A DNA stretch of 64,000 nt from Eledone cirrhosa (taxonomy: Eukaryota), in contig OZ024750.1 of NCBI GenBank assembly GCA_964016885.1, positions 46,438,001 to 46,502,000 on the forward strand, given 5' to 3'. Positions 40,690 through 55,904 of the stretch are shown here, one piece after another. Each line of letters opens with the position of its first letter. The first letter of the stretch is position 1. The translations under genes were made by a program, and so were the position numbers. Below the pieces are notes generated by a model, which had not been told where the DNA came from, searched no databases, and saw only the letters and a program-made list of their open reading frames with translations.

Positions 40690-40911
40690 GAGAGATAGAG
40701 AAAGAGAGAGTGAGAGAGAGTGAGAGAGAAAGAGAAAGAGAGAGAGAGAGAGAGTGAGAGAGAAAGAGAAAGAGAGAGAGAAAGATTTTGTGTGTGTGGA
40801 GCAGATGTGGACCCAGATTTATACGAGGGTTATCCTTTCATTTTGTCGAACTGCCTTCTAGTCAGAATTTGTTTCCCCCATAACTGTTTTAATAGGGTAT
40901 AATGTTTAATG

Positions 40912-41176
40912 TCAACTCGAAAGTGACACAGAGGAGATTGAGGTTAGCTGGACATGCTCACCGACATCCAGAGTTGACACTGCACTCAGTGCTCCTGTGG
41001 AAGCCCCTGCATGGACACACTAGAAGAGGAAGACGGAGATTGACATATGTTGATGCCCTAAGAACAGACACTGGTCTCTTGGAGACGCTGGAGATGGCAG
41101 CGATAATGGGGGACAGAGACCGCTGGAGATATCTCGTCCATGGATCTCGGGAATTTTACCCGCCCTACATAGATAG
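40912..41176 (+). mobile_element. 5'-truncated RTE-like LINE 3' end with 11-bp target-site duplication
   Basis: RRLRLAGHAHRH...LLWKP..G..RRGR motif, short ATAG tail, and AATGTTTAATG at both 40901-40911 and 41177-41187. Confidence 0.8.
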
Positions 41177-42313
41177 AATGTTTAATGAACATTTGACGTA
41201 TGTTAAGATTATATTGATGGTTTTTAACAGAAAACACAATTCAATGTTTTAATATACTTTCATTATTGCATTGTACTGTCTGATCATTTTTTCGTTTACT
41301 CAATTGAATAAATTTCTAAGTCTTCTCAACATAACTGCCACATTCATGATGTTAATGAATAATGTCAATCTGGATAATGTTACCTGTTCTACAGGAAAGC
41401 ATTATCACTTTCAAAAACTATGAAATACAGGAATAAAAAAAGCAAAATAGTTAACTAATCCTTTAAATTTTAGTCACATAACCGAACTCTACACCTTCGA
41501 AAATTCATCTTTGCAATATTTCATTAAAATATATACATTTTTTCGAAGATTACTAGAAAACAATATCTAAACATTCACTTTTGGCGAGTGGCAAAGAATT
41601 TATAGTTCTTTTTAATACTTTAGAATTTATATGAATTAACTATTATATTTTCATGGTAAAAGCTTCACCTCAAATAGTTATCTGACATACTATCGAATCT
41701 ATGAGATTTTGATATTATTTATTTCGAGAACAATACTTTTATATCAGTATGAGTGGCCAGTTTCAGCCGGTTTGAACATAAAGAGCTGAGAGAATTCTGG
41801 CTGGATATGGCCGGTTTAAAAATTGAAGGGTTAACTTTTATTTAGGCGCTCTCCTGCTGCAAACTAGTTTAGTATCAGGCTGACTCGTTTGGGTTGTTGC
41901 TAGGTGCATCGAAAGGACCGAGTATCTAGAACTTCAGATAGAATGCTTCTAAATATTCTTTTAGGTTCTTTGCGTTCTGAGTTCAAATTCCGCCCAAGTA
42001 AACTTTGCATTTCATCATTTTGAGTTAACTGATTCTCACTATCTCCGCGATAAATCTCTCTAGCACACAGACATACTCAAACTCTCTATCTCCTCTCTAT
42101 CTATTTCCCTCTATATTACACGTTCTGGTCAAATATGAACCCCGTACATAAAGATCCGTAAGTAACAACGGAAGAAACATCCTGTGTTCAGACAAGGAGA
42201 AGGATGGACAAATACCCAAAATAGATCGTATATCACTAAGATAGACCTAAAACATGACACGGTATCTTACTGAAGAATTATTTTGCTCCAACAGCAACAG
42301 TCTTGTAATTCTT

Positions 42314-42386
<73 letters not shown>

Positions 42387-42894
42387 CTTCTTCTTCTTCT
42401 TCTTCTTCTTCTTCTTCTTCTTCTTCTTCTTCTTCTTCTTCTTCGCCCACTTATCCCCACTCTGCAGCGGGTCTTGTTCAATGCAACCGTTTCCAACTGC
42501 CCCGACTGCATCCCCAAGCAAGCCCAGGCGAGCTCATGAATGTTATCCAACCATCCTACTCGAGATGTACCCCCTGGTCTCCTGCCGGTTGGCTTTGCCT
42601 GTAAAAGCTATCCAGTGATTTTTTCCTGAAATATTCTAACTACTATCCATATTATCGTAGCTGCGATCCCTCGCTTCTGAGAAGAGGCGGAGTGGTTGTA
42701 TCAGATCATGTAGAATTGTTTTGGCTATTTACTTCGTGTAGTCATTTAAGACTGCATGATGGGATATTAGTTGAGATGCTTCACCATGAGGATGTATTAG
42801 TAAAGGCATGTGTTCTATTGGTTAACTTATTGGAATCACGATCGTATGGTTATAGGTTCGATACCTGGTTTGGGTGATGCGTTGTGTTCTTGAG

Positions 42895-43650
42895 CAAGAG
42901 TTCAAATCCCACCGAGGTCAACTTTGCCTATCATCCTTACGAAGTTAATAAAAAAAGTAGCAATCTCTTGTACTCAGGTCGATTCTTCCTCTATATCTCT
43001 TTCTCGCTTCCTTTCTCTCTCTATCCTAAAAGTACCAGTCTAATACTGGGTGGATTCTTCCTTTATATCTCTTTCTCACTTCCTTTCCCTCACTCTTTCT
43101 CTCTATCCTAAAAGTACCAGTCTAATACTGGGTCGATTCTTCCTCTATATCTCTTTCTCACTTCCTTTCTCTCACTCTTTCTCTCTATCCTAAAAGTACC
43201 AGTCTAATACTGGGGTCGATTCTTCCTCTATATCTCTTTCTCGCTTCCTTTCTCTCACTCTTTCTCTCTATCCTAAAAGTACCAGTCTAATACTGGCGTT
43301 GATTCTTCCTCTATATCTCTTTCTCACTTCCTTTCTCTCACTCTCTCTCTATCCTAAAAGTACCAGTCTAATACTGGCGTTGATTCTTCCTCTATATCTC
43401 TTTCTCACTTCCTTTCTCTCACTCTCTCTCTATCCTAAAAGTACCAGTCTAATACTGGGTCGATTCTTCCTCTATATCTCTTTCTCAATTTCCTCTCTGT
43501 AACTCTCTACATTTCTCTGGAAGAAATCTACTGTACAAGGGCCTGGAGAGGGATGGGCTCCGCCTGGCTTTAAAATGCCCATGAAACGCCGTATGCCAAT
43601 ACGTCGCCCCTCCGACTCTATTAGGAGCTACAGGATCTACATACATACAT
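42895..43650 (+). mobile_element. SINE of the second family with an internal ~60-bp tandem amplification
   Basis: B box and core at 42899-42950, about 8 repeats of AAAGTACCAGTCTAATACTGGG..GATTCTTCCTCTATATCTC.. (42975-43500), then the normal tail and (ATAC)n. Confidence 0.75.
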
Positions 43651-43915
43651 ACATGATCGAATTAATCGACATTCCTCTCTCCCAAATTGCTGGCCTTCTA
43701 CCTAAATCGGAAGCCATTATCCCAGCATGGATCAAAGGTAAAGCTGAGCAGGGTAGATTGAACACGGAGTACAGAAAGGTGGATCAAATACTGCCAGATA
43801 TTCTATCAGACCCGTTGCCGGCTCTATCGATTACTATGCACTCTTTCTCCCTTTGTATCTATCTTGCTCTCTTTCTTCACCCGGCATTTCACAGAAACAC
43901 TTATACACACACACA

Positions 43916-44094
<179 letters not shown>

Positions 44095-44196
44095 GCCAGT
44101 GTGTATGTGTGTGTGCATGAGCATGTGTGTATGTATGCATGTATGGTTAAAATTGGTACGTATGCACATATCTATATATGCATATATATATATATG

Positions 44197-44622
44197 TAGA
44201 AGTTCTATTTAAATTGTTGGGATACAACAAGCAAATATTTTTATAACTGATATAAAGCACTCAACAAATTATTGGAGTAAAAATACGATATATTCACAAA
44301 TGGAAACTATATTTATAAAACCATATTTATTTCATTATACATATTTCAAGGACACCAAGTTAAATTAGCAGTTTTATAAATAAATATTGACATACCCTTA
44401 AAGAATGCGACCATTTCTGTTGGAAGCTCCCGGACTATCCGGGAGCATCCAACAGAAATGGTCGCATTCTTTAAGGGTATGGCAATATTTATTTATAAAA
44501 CTGATCTATATTATATTTTATCTGATGAAAGCACACCATAATTTAACTTGGTGTCCTTGAAATATGTATAATGAAATAAATATGGTTTTATAAATATAGT
44601 TTCCATTTGTTAATATATCGTA
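44197..44622. mobile_element. Family A foldback element
   Basis: Centre GCTCCCGGA-CTA-TCCGGGAGC, extension on the left (44197-44285), (TA)n flanks. Further family members at 31632-31865, 47787-47843 and 62250-62292. Confidence 0.88.
44514..44578 (+). ncRNA. Type I hammerhead ribozyme (family A copy)
   Basis: Same motif: CTGATGA 44522-44528, GAAA 44559-44562. Mutated copies at 62752-62816 (+, CCGATGA) and 62353-62415 (-, CGGATGA). Confidence 0.78.
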
Positions 44623-44677
<55 letters not shown>

Positions 44678-44807
44678 TATACATTTATATATATTTATAT
44701 ATATTTTATATAAATTTATATAAATTTATATATATAAATTTATAATATATATATATGTGTGTGTGTATATGTAATGTGTATGTATGTATGTATGTAGGTG
44801 TGCATAT

Positions 44808-45417
44808 GTCAGGTCACCAGTTGGTGCTACTGGTAACATGTATACCAGTACAACCTGTCTCATGGTCAGGTCGTTGACGACTAAACTGGCAACCCCACCA
44901 AGGTTTCTTGGTGAGGAGGGTGACTTTGGACATCCTGCAGGACTAAAAACAAATCCTGTCAAAGGGCAAATGAGCTCTTAAGAGTCAATGGCCATCCAAA
45001 ATCACTGGGAGAGATGACCCCTTAGCCTTTGACAAGGCAGAATTCTAGGAGAAGGAATACTCTGATATAACACCTGCAACCCTGATGGTATCCAATGATG
45101 TTGACTTGTTCTTCTTTTTGGTAAATATCATCTTGGTTAAGAGAGTGGGACTGACTTTGTGCAGTGCCTTTGCTCACTATAAAAGCTTCACGACATAGGC
45201 ATTGCTTTATATCTGGAGATCTCTCTGCACTTGTCGTCACATGGTACCATGGGCCCAGCAATATGTGTCAATAATTGTCACAAGTGTAGTGTTTGTACCA
45301 GAGTTTTCAAGTCGCTGGCTGGACTAAAAAGTCACACGCGTTCAGCGCATCGGTAGGGGTTCTCCTACATGGATATAAAGTAGTGGCCGTACACGAAAAC
45401 GAGTTGGCAGCCACCAT
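44808..45417 (+). mobile_element. Non-autonomous RTE-derived element (5' UTR-like part + 3' end) with (TATG)n tail
   Basis: Near-identical in reverse to 25645-26047. The 3' part encodes CSVCTRVFKSLAGLKSHTRSAH, a C2H2 finger typical of RTE-clade C-termini. Confidence 0.7.
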
Positions 45418-46004
45418 GTATATGTATGTATGTATGTGTGCATATATATATAGAGAGACGTTTTATGTATAAAAGAGTGAACATACAAAGCGAAAACTTC
45501 AGACAATAACATTTTTTAAATTTAACCAAAATTCCAAAAATAGAACAAATAAAGATGAAAGTGAAACAGAAGAATACAAAATAGAAAAAAGACAACATAG
45601 TACACATATAGACATATACATACACACAGACACATATACATATACATACAAACACGCACGCCCAGACACACCCACACGCATGTAACAAAAGACGCTATAA
45701 ATATTCATATATTTATGTATGCATACTTGCATGTAAGTATGTATTACCAAATATCTTTTTGGCATTACCAAATATCTTTTAAAAACGATATTATTTATAT
45801 ATATATTGAACCCGGAATAAATTATATATATATTATAATTGAATATAAAAGAAAAACATATATGTGTTCAAATCGTAAGGGACCAGATTCGCTAAGGTGA
45901 AAAGAATACTAACTATAGACAATAGGTTTGTATTTAAGAATACATCAATCACCCAGACAGCTTTGATAATGCTGTTTCGCAAAATTAATTGTGATATTAA
46001 TTGA

Positions 46005-46192
<188 letters not shown>

Positions 46193-46549
46193 ATACTTTG
46201 GGAGGGTCATGTTGCCAATGAGAAACACACGCACCAGTTGCTTTCACTTTCTGGCGTAGGACAGAACAAAGGAGAGGCACAGAAACAAAGAAAGGAATCC
46301 CCAGTCACTGAAGAGGTCACAGAGTGTGTGACGAAAGAACTATGACTATATATAAACAACTATCTGGTTGTGGAACCAACCAACGAACCAGAAATTTATA
46401 AATTTATAAATTTATAAATATATAATAAATTGAAGTGAAAGCAACTGGTGCGTGTGTTTCTCATTGGCAACATGACCCTCCCAAAGTATAACAATATCGG
46501 TTTCAACACACGATTTCAGATAAAGAATCTTGTTAAACAAATTCAGAAA

Positions 46550-46879
<330 letters not shown>

Positions 46880-47064
46880 CTTTATATATATATATATATA
46901 CTTTATCTGAAAACGTGTGTTGAAACCGATATTGTCATACTTTGGGAGAGTGACTGTTATACTTTGGGAGAGTAATTCCTAAATTTATAAATTTATTATA
47001 ATAAATTGAAGTGAAACAACAGGTACGTGTGTTTCTTATTGGCAACATGACCCTCCCAAAGTAT

Positions 47065-47118
<54 letters not shown>

Positions 47119-47606
47119 TTAGTGTGCATATATATAAGCATATATTCATATTCTGATGTTTCTTTACTTTGTGATGTACAATGTACAAAGATAAAAATAA
47201 AAAATAAAAATTGACCAATCCAACTTTTCAAAGTTTATAGAAAATCTAATTTATATTTATTTGTGTGAGTTATATAAAATATTACACAATATCCTTGACC
47301 AATGTTTCATAAAATCAGCACTTTGTTTGATCGACCGTAAAGAACCTGACTGGACGGCATGTGGGGAGAGTTAAGTAGGTAGTTCATCATCAGTACGCCG
47401 CTGCCGTGTATAATCGATGGAAACATGTGGTCCGGGGGAGGGTACATCCCGTCATTTATTGAGACGTTCCCAACATTTGGAAAGTTGCATATAAGCACTT
47501 TTTTTTTGTACATTTGTAAATGTTATGCAATAAATAAACAAAAAATTACACACACACACACATATATGCATAGCCACACACGCAATATACAATTTTACAT
47601 TCATAT

Positions 47607-47788
<182 letters not shown>

Positions 47789-47845
47789 GAACTTCTATTT
47801 AAATTGTTGGGATACAACAAGCAAATATTTTTATAACTGATATAG

Positions 47846-47886
<41 letters not shown>

Positions 47887-47971
47887 GACATACACACTTA
47901 TGTCATATATATATACACACACATAAATACACACACGCTCTTTCACATCCACACACATATATATGCATATG

Positions 47972-48098
<127 letters not shown>

Positions 48099-50641
48099 AT
48101 ATATATATATATACATATACATATATGATTAAACGATATATGTAACCTCAGCATCTTATTTTCTAATATATATATATATATTTATATATATATATACACA
48201 TACATACATACATACATACATACATACATACATACATACATACATACATACATACATACATACATACATACATACATACATACACATATTCATACGTATA
48301 GAAAAAGATAAAAAACTTACTTTAGTAATGATTGACATAGTCAGAAGGAAAGCAACAAAATGACTTAACGTAATGACGTAACCTATGTATATTCCATTGG
48401 ATTTTGCAGAGCTTGTCATTTTGTATCTATCGACCATCAAACAGTCAACTTTCTTTCTCATATTTGATTTTCTTTTCCAGTATTCCTCTTCTACTTATTA
48501 TGTTCTTATTGTTGTTAATACTATCCTTAGTTATTCTTGTTGTTACTGCTGCTATTGTTATGCTTGTTCTACTAATGTTTGTATTATTGTTATTGCTGCT
48601 GTTGTTGTTGTTGTTGTTGTTGTTGTTATTGGTGTTATTGTTAGGTTTGTTCTACTAATGTTTGTATTATTGTTATTGCTGTTGTTGTTGTTATTGGTGT
48701 TATTGTTATGCTTGTTCTACTAATGTGTGTATTGTTGTTATTGCTGTTGTTGTTGTTGTTGGTGTTGTTGTTATTGGTGGAATTGTTATGCTTTTTCTAC
48801 TAATGTTTGTATTGTTGTTATTGCTGTTGTTGTTGTTGTTGGTGTTGTTGTTATTGGTGTTATTGTTATGCTTTTTCTACTGTTTGTATTGTTGTTGTTG
48901 CTGTTGTTGTTGTTGTTTTTATTTGTGTTATTGTTATGCTTTTTTCTACTAATGTGTTTTGTATTGTTATTGCAGCTGTTGCTGTTGTTGTTGTTGTTGT
49001 TGTTATTATTGGTGGAATTGTTATGCGTTTTTTACTGTGTGTAGTATTGTTATTGCTGCTGTTGTTGTTGTTGTTGTTGTTATTATTATTGGTGCTATTG
49101 TTATGCTTTTTTCTACTAATGTGTGTATTATTGTTATTGCTGTTGTTGTTGTTGCTGTTGTTATTTGTGCTATTGTTATGTATTTTCTACTAATGTTTGT
49201 ACTATTGTTATTGCTGCTGTTGCTGTTGTTGTTGTTGTTGTTGTTATTGGTGTTATTGTTATGCGTTTTCTACTAATGTTTGTATTGTTGTTATTGCTGT
49301 TGTTGTTGTTGTTGTTATTGGTAGAATTGTTATGCTTTGTTCTACTAATGTTTGTATTATTGTTATTGCTGTTGTTGTTGTTGTTATTGGTGGAATTGTT
49401 ATACTTTTTCTACTAATGTTTGGATTGTTGTTATTGATATTTTTGTTGTTATTATTGTGGTTATTATTATCAATGTTTTTACTAATATTGTTGTTGTTAT
49501 CAATATTGTTATTACTGGTAATGTTCTTATTGTTATCAATATTGTTGTTGTTACTGGTAATGTTGTTGTTGTTATTGTATTTTTTCTTCTTGTTTCTCTC
49601 TGTCTTTAATAATCCTCCAAGTTTTGTTCACTTGTTTGTTTGTTTGGTAATGTGTTCATTTCGTATTTGTCTGTCTGTCTGTCTGTCTGTCGCTCTGTCT
49701 GCCGGTCTGTCACCCTGTCAGGCTGTGTGTCTGACGGTCTGTCTCTCCGTCTGTAAGACTCTGTGTCAGTCTGTCTGTCATAGTTTTGATATCTTTTTAT
49801 CTTTTTTTCAGATTTGTGGTCGATGATCTTTACAGTATGTCTGCCTGTCTCCCTGTCTGTCTGCCTGTCTCTCTGGTGATCTGTCTGTCTGTCTGTCAGC
49901 CTGTCTGTCTATCGGTCTGTCTGTCTATCTGCCTGTCTGCCTGTCTCTCTGGTGATCTATCTGTCTGTCTGTCTGTCTGTCTGTCTGCCTGTCTCTCTGG
50001 TGATCTGTCTGTCTGTCTGTCTGACTGTCTGCCGGTCTATATGTCAGCCGGTTCTGTCTGTCTGTCTGTCTTCCATAGTTTTGATGTCAGCCAGGAGCGG
50101 ACAGCTGCTACAAGGTAGTCTATAGTAAGTAGTAAAGTAGTTGGTTCTAAATATTTGGTAGTAGGGTCGGGTAAGGGGTACAAGAACACATGTAATGCTC
50201 TCTGCCCTCTCTCTCCCCCCTCTCTCTCTCTCTATGTGTGGTAGACTGGGGTAGGAGTAGGGTGAGAGTGAGAGAGAGAATTGGAGACAGAAAAAGTGGG
50301 GGAGGAAGTGCGGGATAGGGAGAGAGAGAGAGTGTGTGAGAGAGAGAAAGTGAGGGGAGGAACAACAAAAGGGCACACATAAGTATATATACTGTCACAC
50401 ATACATATACGTATACATGCACACATACACACACACACACAAACACCCACACATACACAAACACACACACTCACACACACACAAACACACCCACACAAAC
50501 ACATACACTCACACACACACACACACACACACACACCCATAGTTCGAGGAACCGCCTGTAACTTTAGTTTCACACAGACACCTACCATATATATATATAT
50601 ATATATATGTGTGTGTCTGTGTGTATGTATGTGTGTGTTTG

Positions 50642-50691
<50 letters not shown>

Positions 50692-50946
50692 GTGACTGTG
50701 TGTGTGTGTGTATGTGTGTATGTGTGTGTGTATCTGTGTGTGTGTGGATATATCGATATATATACATTTATATACATACATCATACACATATACAGTTAT
50801 ATATAGAGAGAGAGATGTATATATGTATGTGTGTGTGTGTGTATGTATGTGTCTGTGTCGGTATGTGTGTGTGTGTATGTATGTGTGTCTGTGTGTGGAT
50901 GTATGGATATATATACATTTATATACATACATCATACACATATACA

Positions 50947-51055
<109 letters not shown>

Positions 51056-51151
51056 CTGCGTGTGCCTGTATGTGTATGTATGTATGTGTGTGTGTGGATG
51101 TATGGATATATATACATTTATATACATACATCATACACCTATACAGCAATA

Positions 51152-51217
<66 letters not shown>

Positions 51218-51395
51218 GTTATTCCGGGTTGAATCGGAGGTAACCACAGTAAGTAAGGTACTCAATACATAGCAGAGTATAACAGTTTTAATATAGATGA
51301 GATTCTACAGGACTAGAACTGTTTCATTCATTAGAAATAGAGATTTCTGATGATTTCTAATGAATGAAACAGTTCTAGTCCTGTAGAATCTCATC

Positions 51396-51426
<31 letters not shown>

Positions 51427-51598
51427 ATACTTTGGGAGGGTCATGTTGCCAATTCAGAAACGAAATATATAAATATATATATGTATATATCTATGTGTGT
51501 GTGTGTATGTATATGCGTGTGTCTGTGTCTGTATGTGTATGTGTGTGTGGATGTATGGATATATATACATGTATATACATACATCATACACCTATACA

Positions 51599-51636
<38 letters not shown>

Positions 51637-51783
51637 AGGTGCTACAGTAGAGTTGGTAACCGGCAGGCTCTAATCAGCAGCAGCAGTAGGGTGAGAGGGT
51701 GGGGGGGGGCAATACCAACAGCATGATCCCCACCGCTGCCATTACCATTCCCCTTATTGATGACGATGGAGAAAGAACTGATG

Positions 51784-51825
<42 letters not shown>

Positions 51826-51937
51826 ATAGTATTGATGGTGGTGGTGGTGGTGGTGATAGTAGTAGTAGTAGTAGTAGTAGTAATAGTAGTAGTAGTAGTA
51901 GTATTGATGGTGGTGGTGGTGATAGTGGTGGTGGTGA

Positions 51938-51981
<44 letters not shown>

Positions 51982-52009
51982 TTGGTGGTAGTGGTGGTGG
52001 TGGTGCTGA

Positions 52010-52042
<33 letters not shown>

Positions 52043-52122
52043 AAGTAGTAGTAGTGATAGTAGTAGTGGTAGTAGTGGTAGTAGTAGAAGTAGTAGTAGT
52101 GATAGTAGTAGTAGTAGTAGTG

Positions 52123-52164
<42 letters not shown>

Positions 52165-52219
52165 TTAGTAGTAGTAGTAGTAGTAGTAGTATTGGTGGTG
52201 GTGGTGGTGGTGGTGGTGA

Positions 52220-52260
<41 letters not shown>

Positions 52261-52309
52261 GTAGTAGTATTGGTGGTGGTGGTGGTGGTGGTGGTGGTGA
52301 TAGTAGTAC

Positions 52310-52346
<37 letters not shown>

Positions 52347-52480
52347 GGTAGTGGTGGTGGTGGTGGTGATAGTAGTTGTACTAGTAGTAGTAGTAGTAGT
52401 AGTAGTATTGGTGGTGGTGGTGGTGGTGGCGATTGTGGTGGTGGTGGTGGTGATAGTAATAGTAGTAGTAGTAGTAGTAA

Positions 52481-52518
<38 letters not shown>

Positions 52519-52539
52519 ATAGTAGTATTAGTGGCAGTG

Positions 52540-52572
<33 letters not shown>

Positions 52573-53221
52573 ATATTAGTAGTAGTGGTAGTAGTATTAG
52601 TAGTGGTAGTAGTAGTAGTAGTAGTTGGGATCGGTCATTGTTGGTGGTTGGGTGGGGATGATATAGATGATGAAGTCGGTGGTGATGCTGATGATGATGA
52701 TGATGAGGAGGGGGAGGTGGGGGAAGGATGAGTGCGCACGTTGGTGGAGGGGGTGTGTGTTTTTATGTATGAGTGTGTGAGAGAGAGTGTTCGCGTCCAT
52801 TTGTGTGTGCGTGTGAGAGAGAGTGTTAGTGTATGTGTGTGCGCCCGTGTGAGTGAGTGAGTGTGTGTATGTGTGCGTGTGTGTGTGTGTATGTGTGTGT
52901 GTATGTGTGCGTGTGTGTGTGTGTCTGTGTGTGTGTGAGTGTTTGTGTGTGGTATGTATGTATGTGTGTGTGTGTGTGTGTGTGTATGTGAGTGTGTGTG
53001 TGTGTCTGCGTCTGTGTGTGTGTGTGTGTGTACACATGTTCTTATAGGATAGAAGTAAATGGATTGGTCCTTAAGTTGTCCCAATTTCACTGTAGGGAGT
53101 GATGGTGATGTTAGTGGTGTTGTTATAGGCGATGATGGTGGTGGGTCTGGAACTTGTATAAGTAAACCTACAATAAAACAAAACAATCAACCCATGACCA
53201 TCCCCATTTTCTTTCCAATAA

Positions 53222-53400
53222 ATGTTTCTACTTTTTGGCACAAGGCCAGCAATTATACAGTATATTACTGGTACTTTATTTTATCGACCCCGTAAGGATG
53301 AAAGGCAAAGTTAACATCGGCGGGATTTGAACTCAGACCGTAAAGGGACGTAACTATGCTGGAAAGCATGGCATCCGACACTCTACCGATACTGCCAATC
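53222..53400 (-). mobile_element. SINE copy, same family as 503-684
   Basis: Direct sequence match. Confidence 0.88.
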
Positions 53401-54447
53401 GAATAATAAACAAATCTCTACTATATTATCTAAAGTGTCCATTTTCAAAATATTTAAGCATGAATTAAGCGGGTTGGTTACTTCTACTTCTGTTGTGAAG
53501 GTGAAATATGGAGAAATAAAAATTATTGATCAAGGATACTATGAATATATCAGTAATTTAAAGTGTGTTGCAAGATGGAAGGGTCTATAGTGTAAATATA
53601 CACACACCACATGTACACCAGGTCCGAACTCGCCCTCCCATCTCTCACTATTATGAGCAAATGGGGTCCCACAAGCTGGCCGCCCCACTGCGCTGACAGA
53701 CAGATTATACCGATGTGAACACTTCCTGAACATGCCGTCTCGTTTTTTGGTAGTACTGGAAGATGTGGCAGTATATCTTCATTCCACCCCTAGACAGGAG
53801 ATATCGATGCTGTTAATGTTCTGCTTAACCTATTGCAAATCCTGTAATCGAAGGATTTTAATGGCTGTTTCGATTGTTGAGTAAAATGATGGAAAATTTG
53901 TCTCCCAATATAACAATGGCCCTTTAAGTTTTTATTTAATATCCCACATAATCGCATTTGTCATGTTATCTCTTGTGGAGTCGATAAAATAAGGGTCGGT
54001 TACCGAGGTCAATTTAATATTTTCTATAAACCATTTTCGATGTAAATAAAATTACGATAATCTAGTATGACAATGACGAAGACTGCATGGTGAATTGTGT
54101 CCTTACTTTCATATAGTGATGGACCTTCATCGGTTAAGATGACACAATATATTATACCAAGCCTGGACCCAGGAATTACAGGTACCTTTCATTTGATGGG
54201 CTTCTACACAGTTTCCGCATACCCTATTGCACTCAAAAGGTTTGGGTCAGCAGATTACTGAGATAAAGACATTTCTCATGGTGCCAAATGGAGGGTTCGT
54301 ATCAGGGAACTCATGGTTTCGAAGCAAACTTCGTAACCAATAGGTCATGCCAAGATGATATGGGTTTTGGGGGAGATTTACGTGCTATTTCTTGAATATT
54401 GGGCGTCCACACAGATAATCACTTGACCTACAGTGTCTCTTCTGATA

Positions 54448-54624
54448 ACGGTGGATTGGTAGAATCAGTAGAGCGTCGAACAACATGCTTTGCAGCATAG
54501 TTACGGGTTCAGTTCAAATCCCGCCGAGGTTAACTTTGCCTTTAATCCTTACGGGGTCGATAAAATAAAGTACCAGTAATACACTGTGACAATTGCTGGC
54601 CTTGTACCAAAAGTAGAAACAATT
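54448..54624 (+). mobile_element. SINE copy, same family, plus strand
   Basis: CGGTGGATTGGTAGAATCAG head, GTTCAAATCC B box, core, and AAAAGTAGAAACAATTA tail. Confidence 0.85.
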
Positions 54625-54913
54625 ATTACAACCAGCCCCACCCACCGTAAAAGATGACAAGCAAACTTCATTGGTATGTCGCTAATGTTACCAAATTAGA
54701 TTTAAAAGGTACAATATTCCAAGCATCCTTATCATCATCATACTTTTACGGTTGGCCGGGTCTTCTGCCGCCCGGCCTCCCTCCACTTGTTGCTCTCTTC
54801 TATGAAGTTTCCGCGTTTTGAGATCTGCTTTCACCATTTGTGCGCAGGTCTTCCTCTGACTTCTTATACAGCAGCTTTCTACCACTGGCAATTCTTCATC
54901 CTATGATCATCAT

Positions 54914-54963
54914 CCTAACCCTAACCCTAACCCTAACCCTAACCCTAACCCTAACCCTAACCC
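54914..54963 (-). repeat. Interstitial telomeric repeat (TTAGGG), about 8 units
   Basis: Perfect CCCTAA array on the plus strand. Confidence 0.9.
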
Positions 54964-55867
54964 ATCACATATCCATGCCAGTGCAATATCTACTCTCTTG
55001 CACTCTACATTTGATTCCGCTAATAACCAGTTATTCTCGAACTCATCTCCAAGAAGCGACAACAACAAACAATGGAACAGAAAGCTGGAGAGTACGAATA
55101 TTGTTTCTAATTTTGGCTCAAGGCCAGCAATTAACCCAGTACATTACTGGTACTTTATTTTATCGACCCCGTAAGGATGAAAGGTAAAGTTAACCTCGAA
55201 TATTGAACTAACGACAGATAATATTGATTATATAATGATACAACCAATACTGTAAAACTATTAAATTGCGTCATATTTTATTTATACACCGATTGATGTT
55301 GTGTCATGGCCGCCGTCGGCATTATAACGAAAGTAAAAGACGTAAACTGCACCACCCAACTGAAACAACTGGATTTTTAAAGAAGTTTTATTTGACGTTG
55401 TTATATTAGGTTAACCACAATTCAGTCAAGATCAAGATAACTCTTGATCAAAATATATACCAGACGTGAACACCACAGCTTTTATTCTAAAAGAAACTAG
55501 GCCTCCATTATACAATATATACTTCCTTATTAAAGACGAGGTGGTGTGATGTCTAGAACATTGAGAAGACACATAGAAGAGTCTTTGTTGGTTTAACGTT
55601 GTTGCATACATTACCTTTTAGCCGAGATTTTATTGGACGCGATTCAACTTCCTCTCTCATTCGCTTTCTTTTTCTCCCTCCACACCCCTCTCTCCTTCTC
55701 TCTCTCTCTCTCTCTCTCTCATTATATATATATATATATATATATAGATATATATATATATATATATATAATGAGAGAGATATATATATATATATATATA
55801 TATAGATATATAGATATAGATATATAGATATATATGTATATATATATATGTATGTATATATACATAC

Positions 55868-55904
<37 letters not shown>

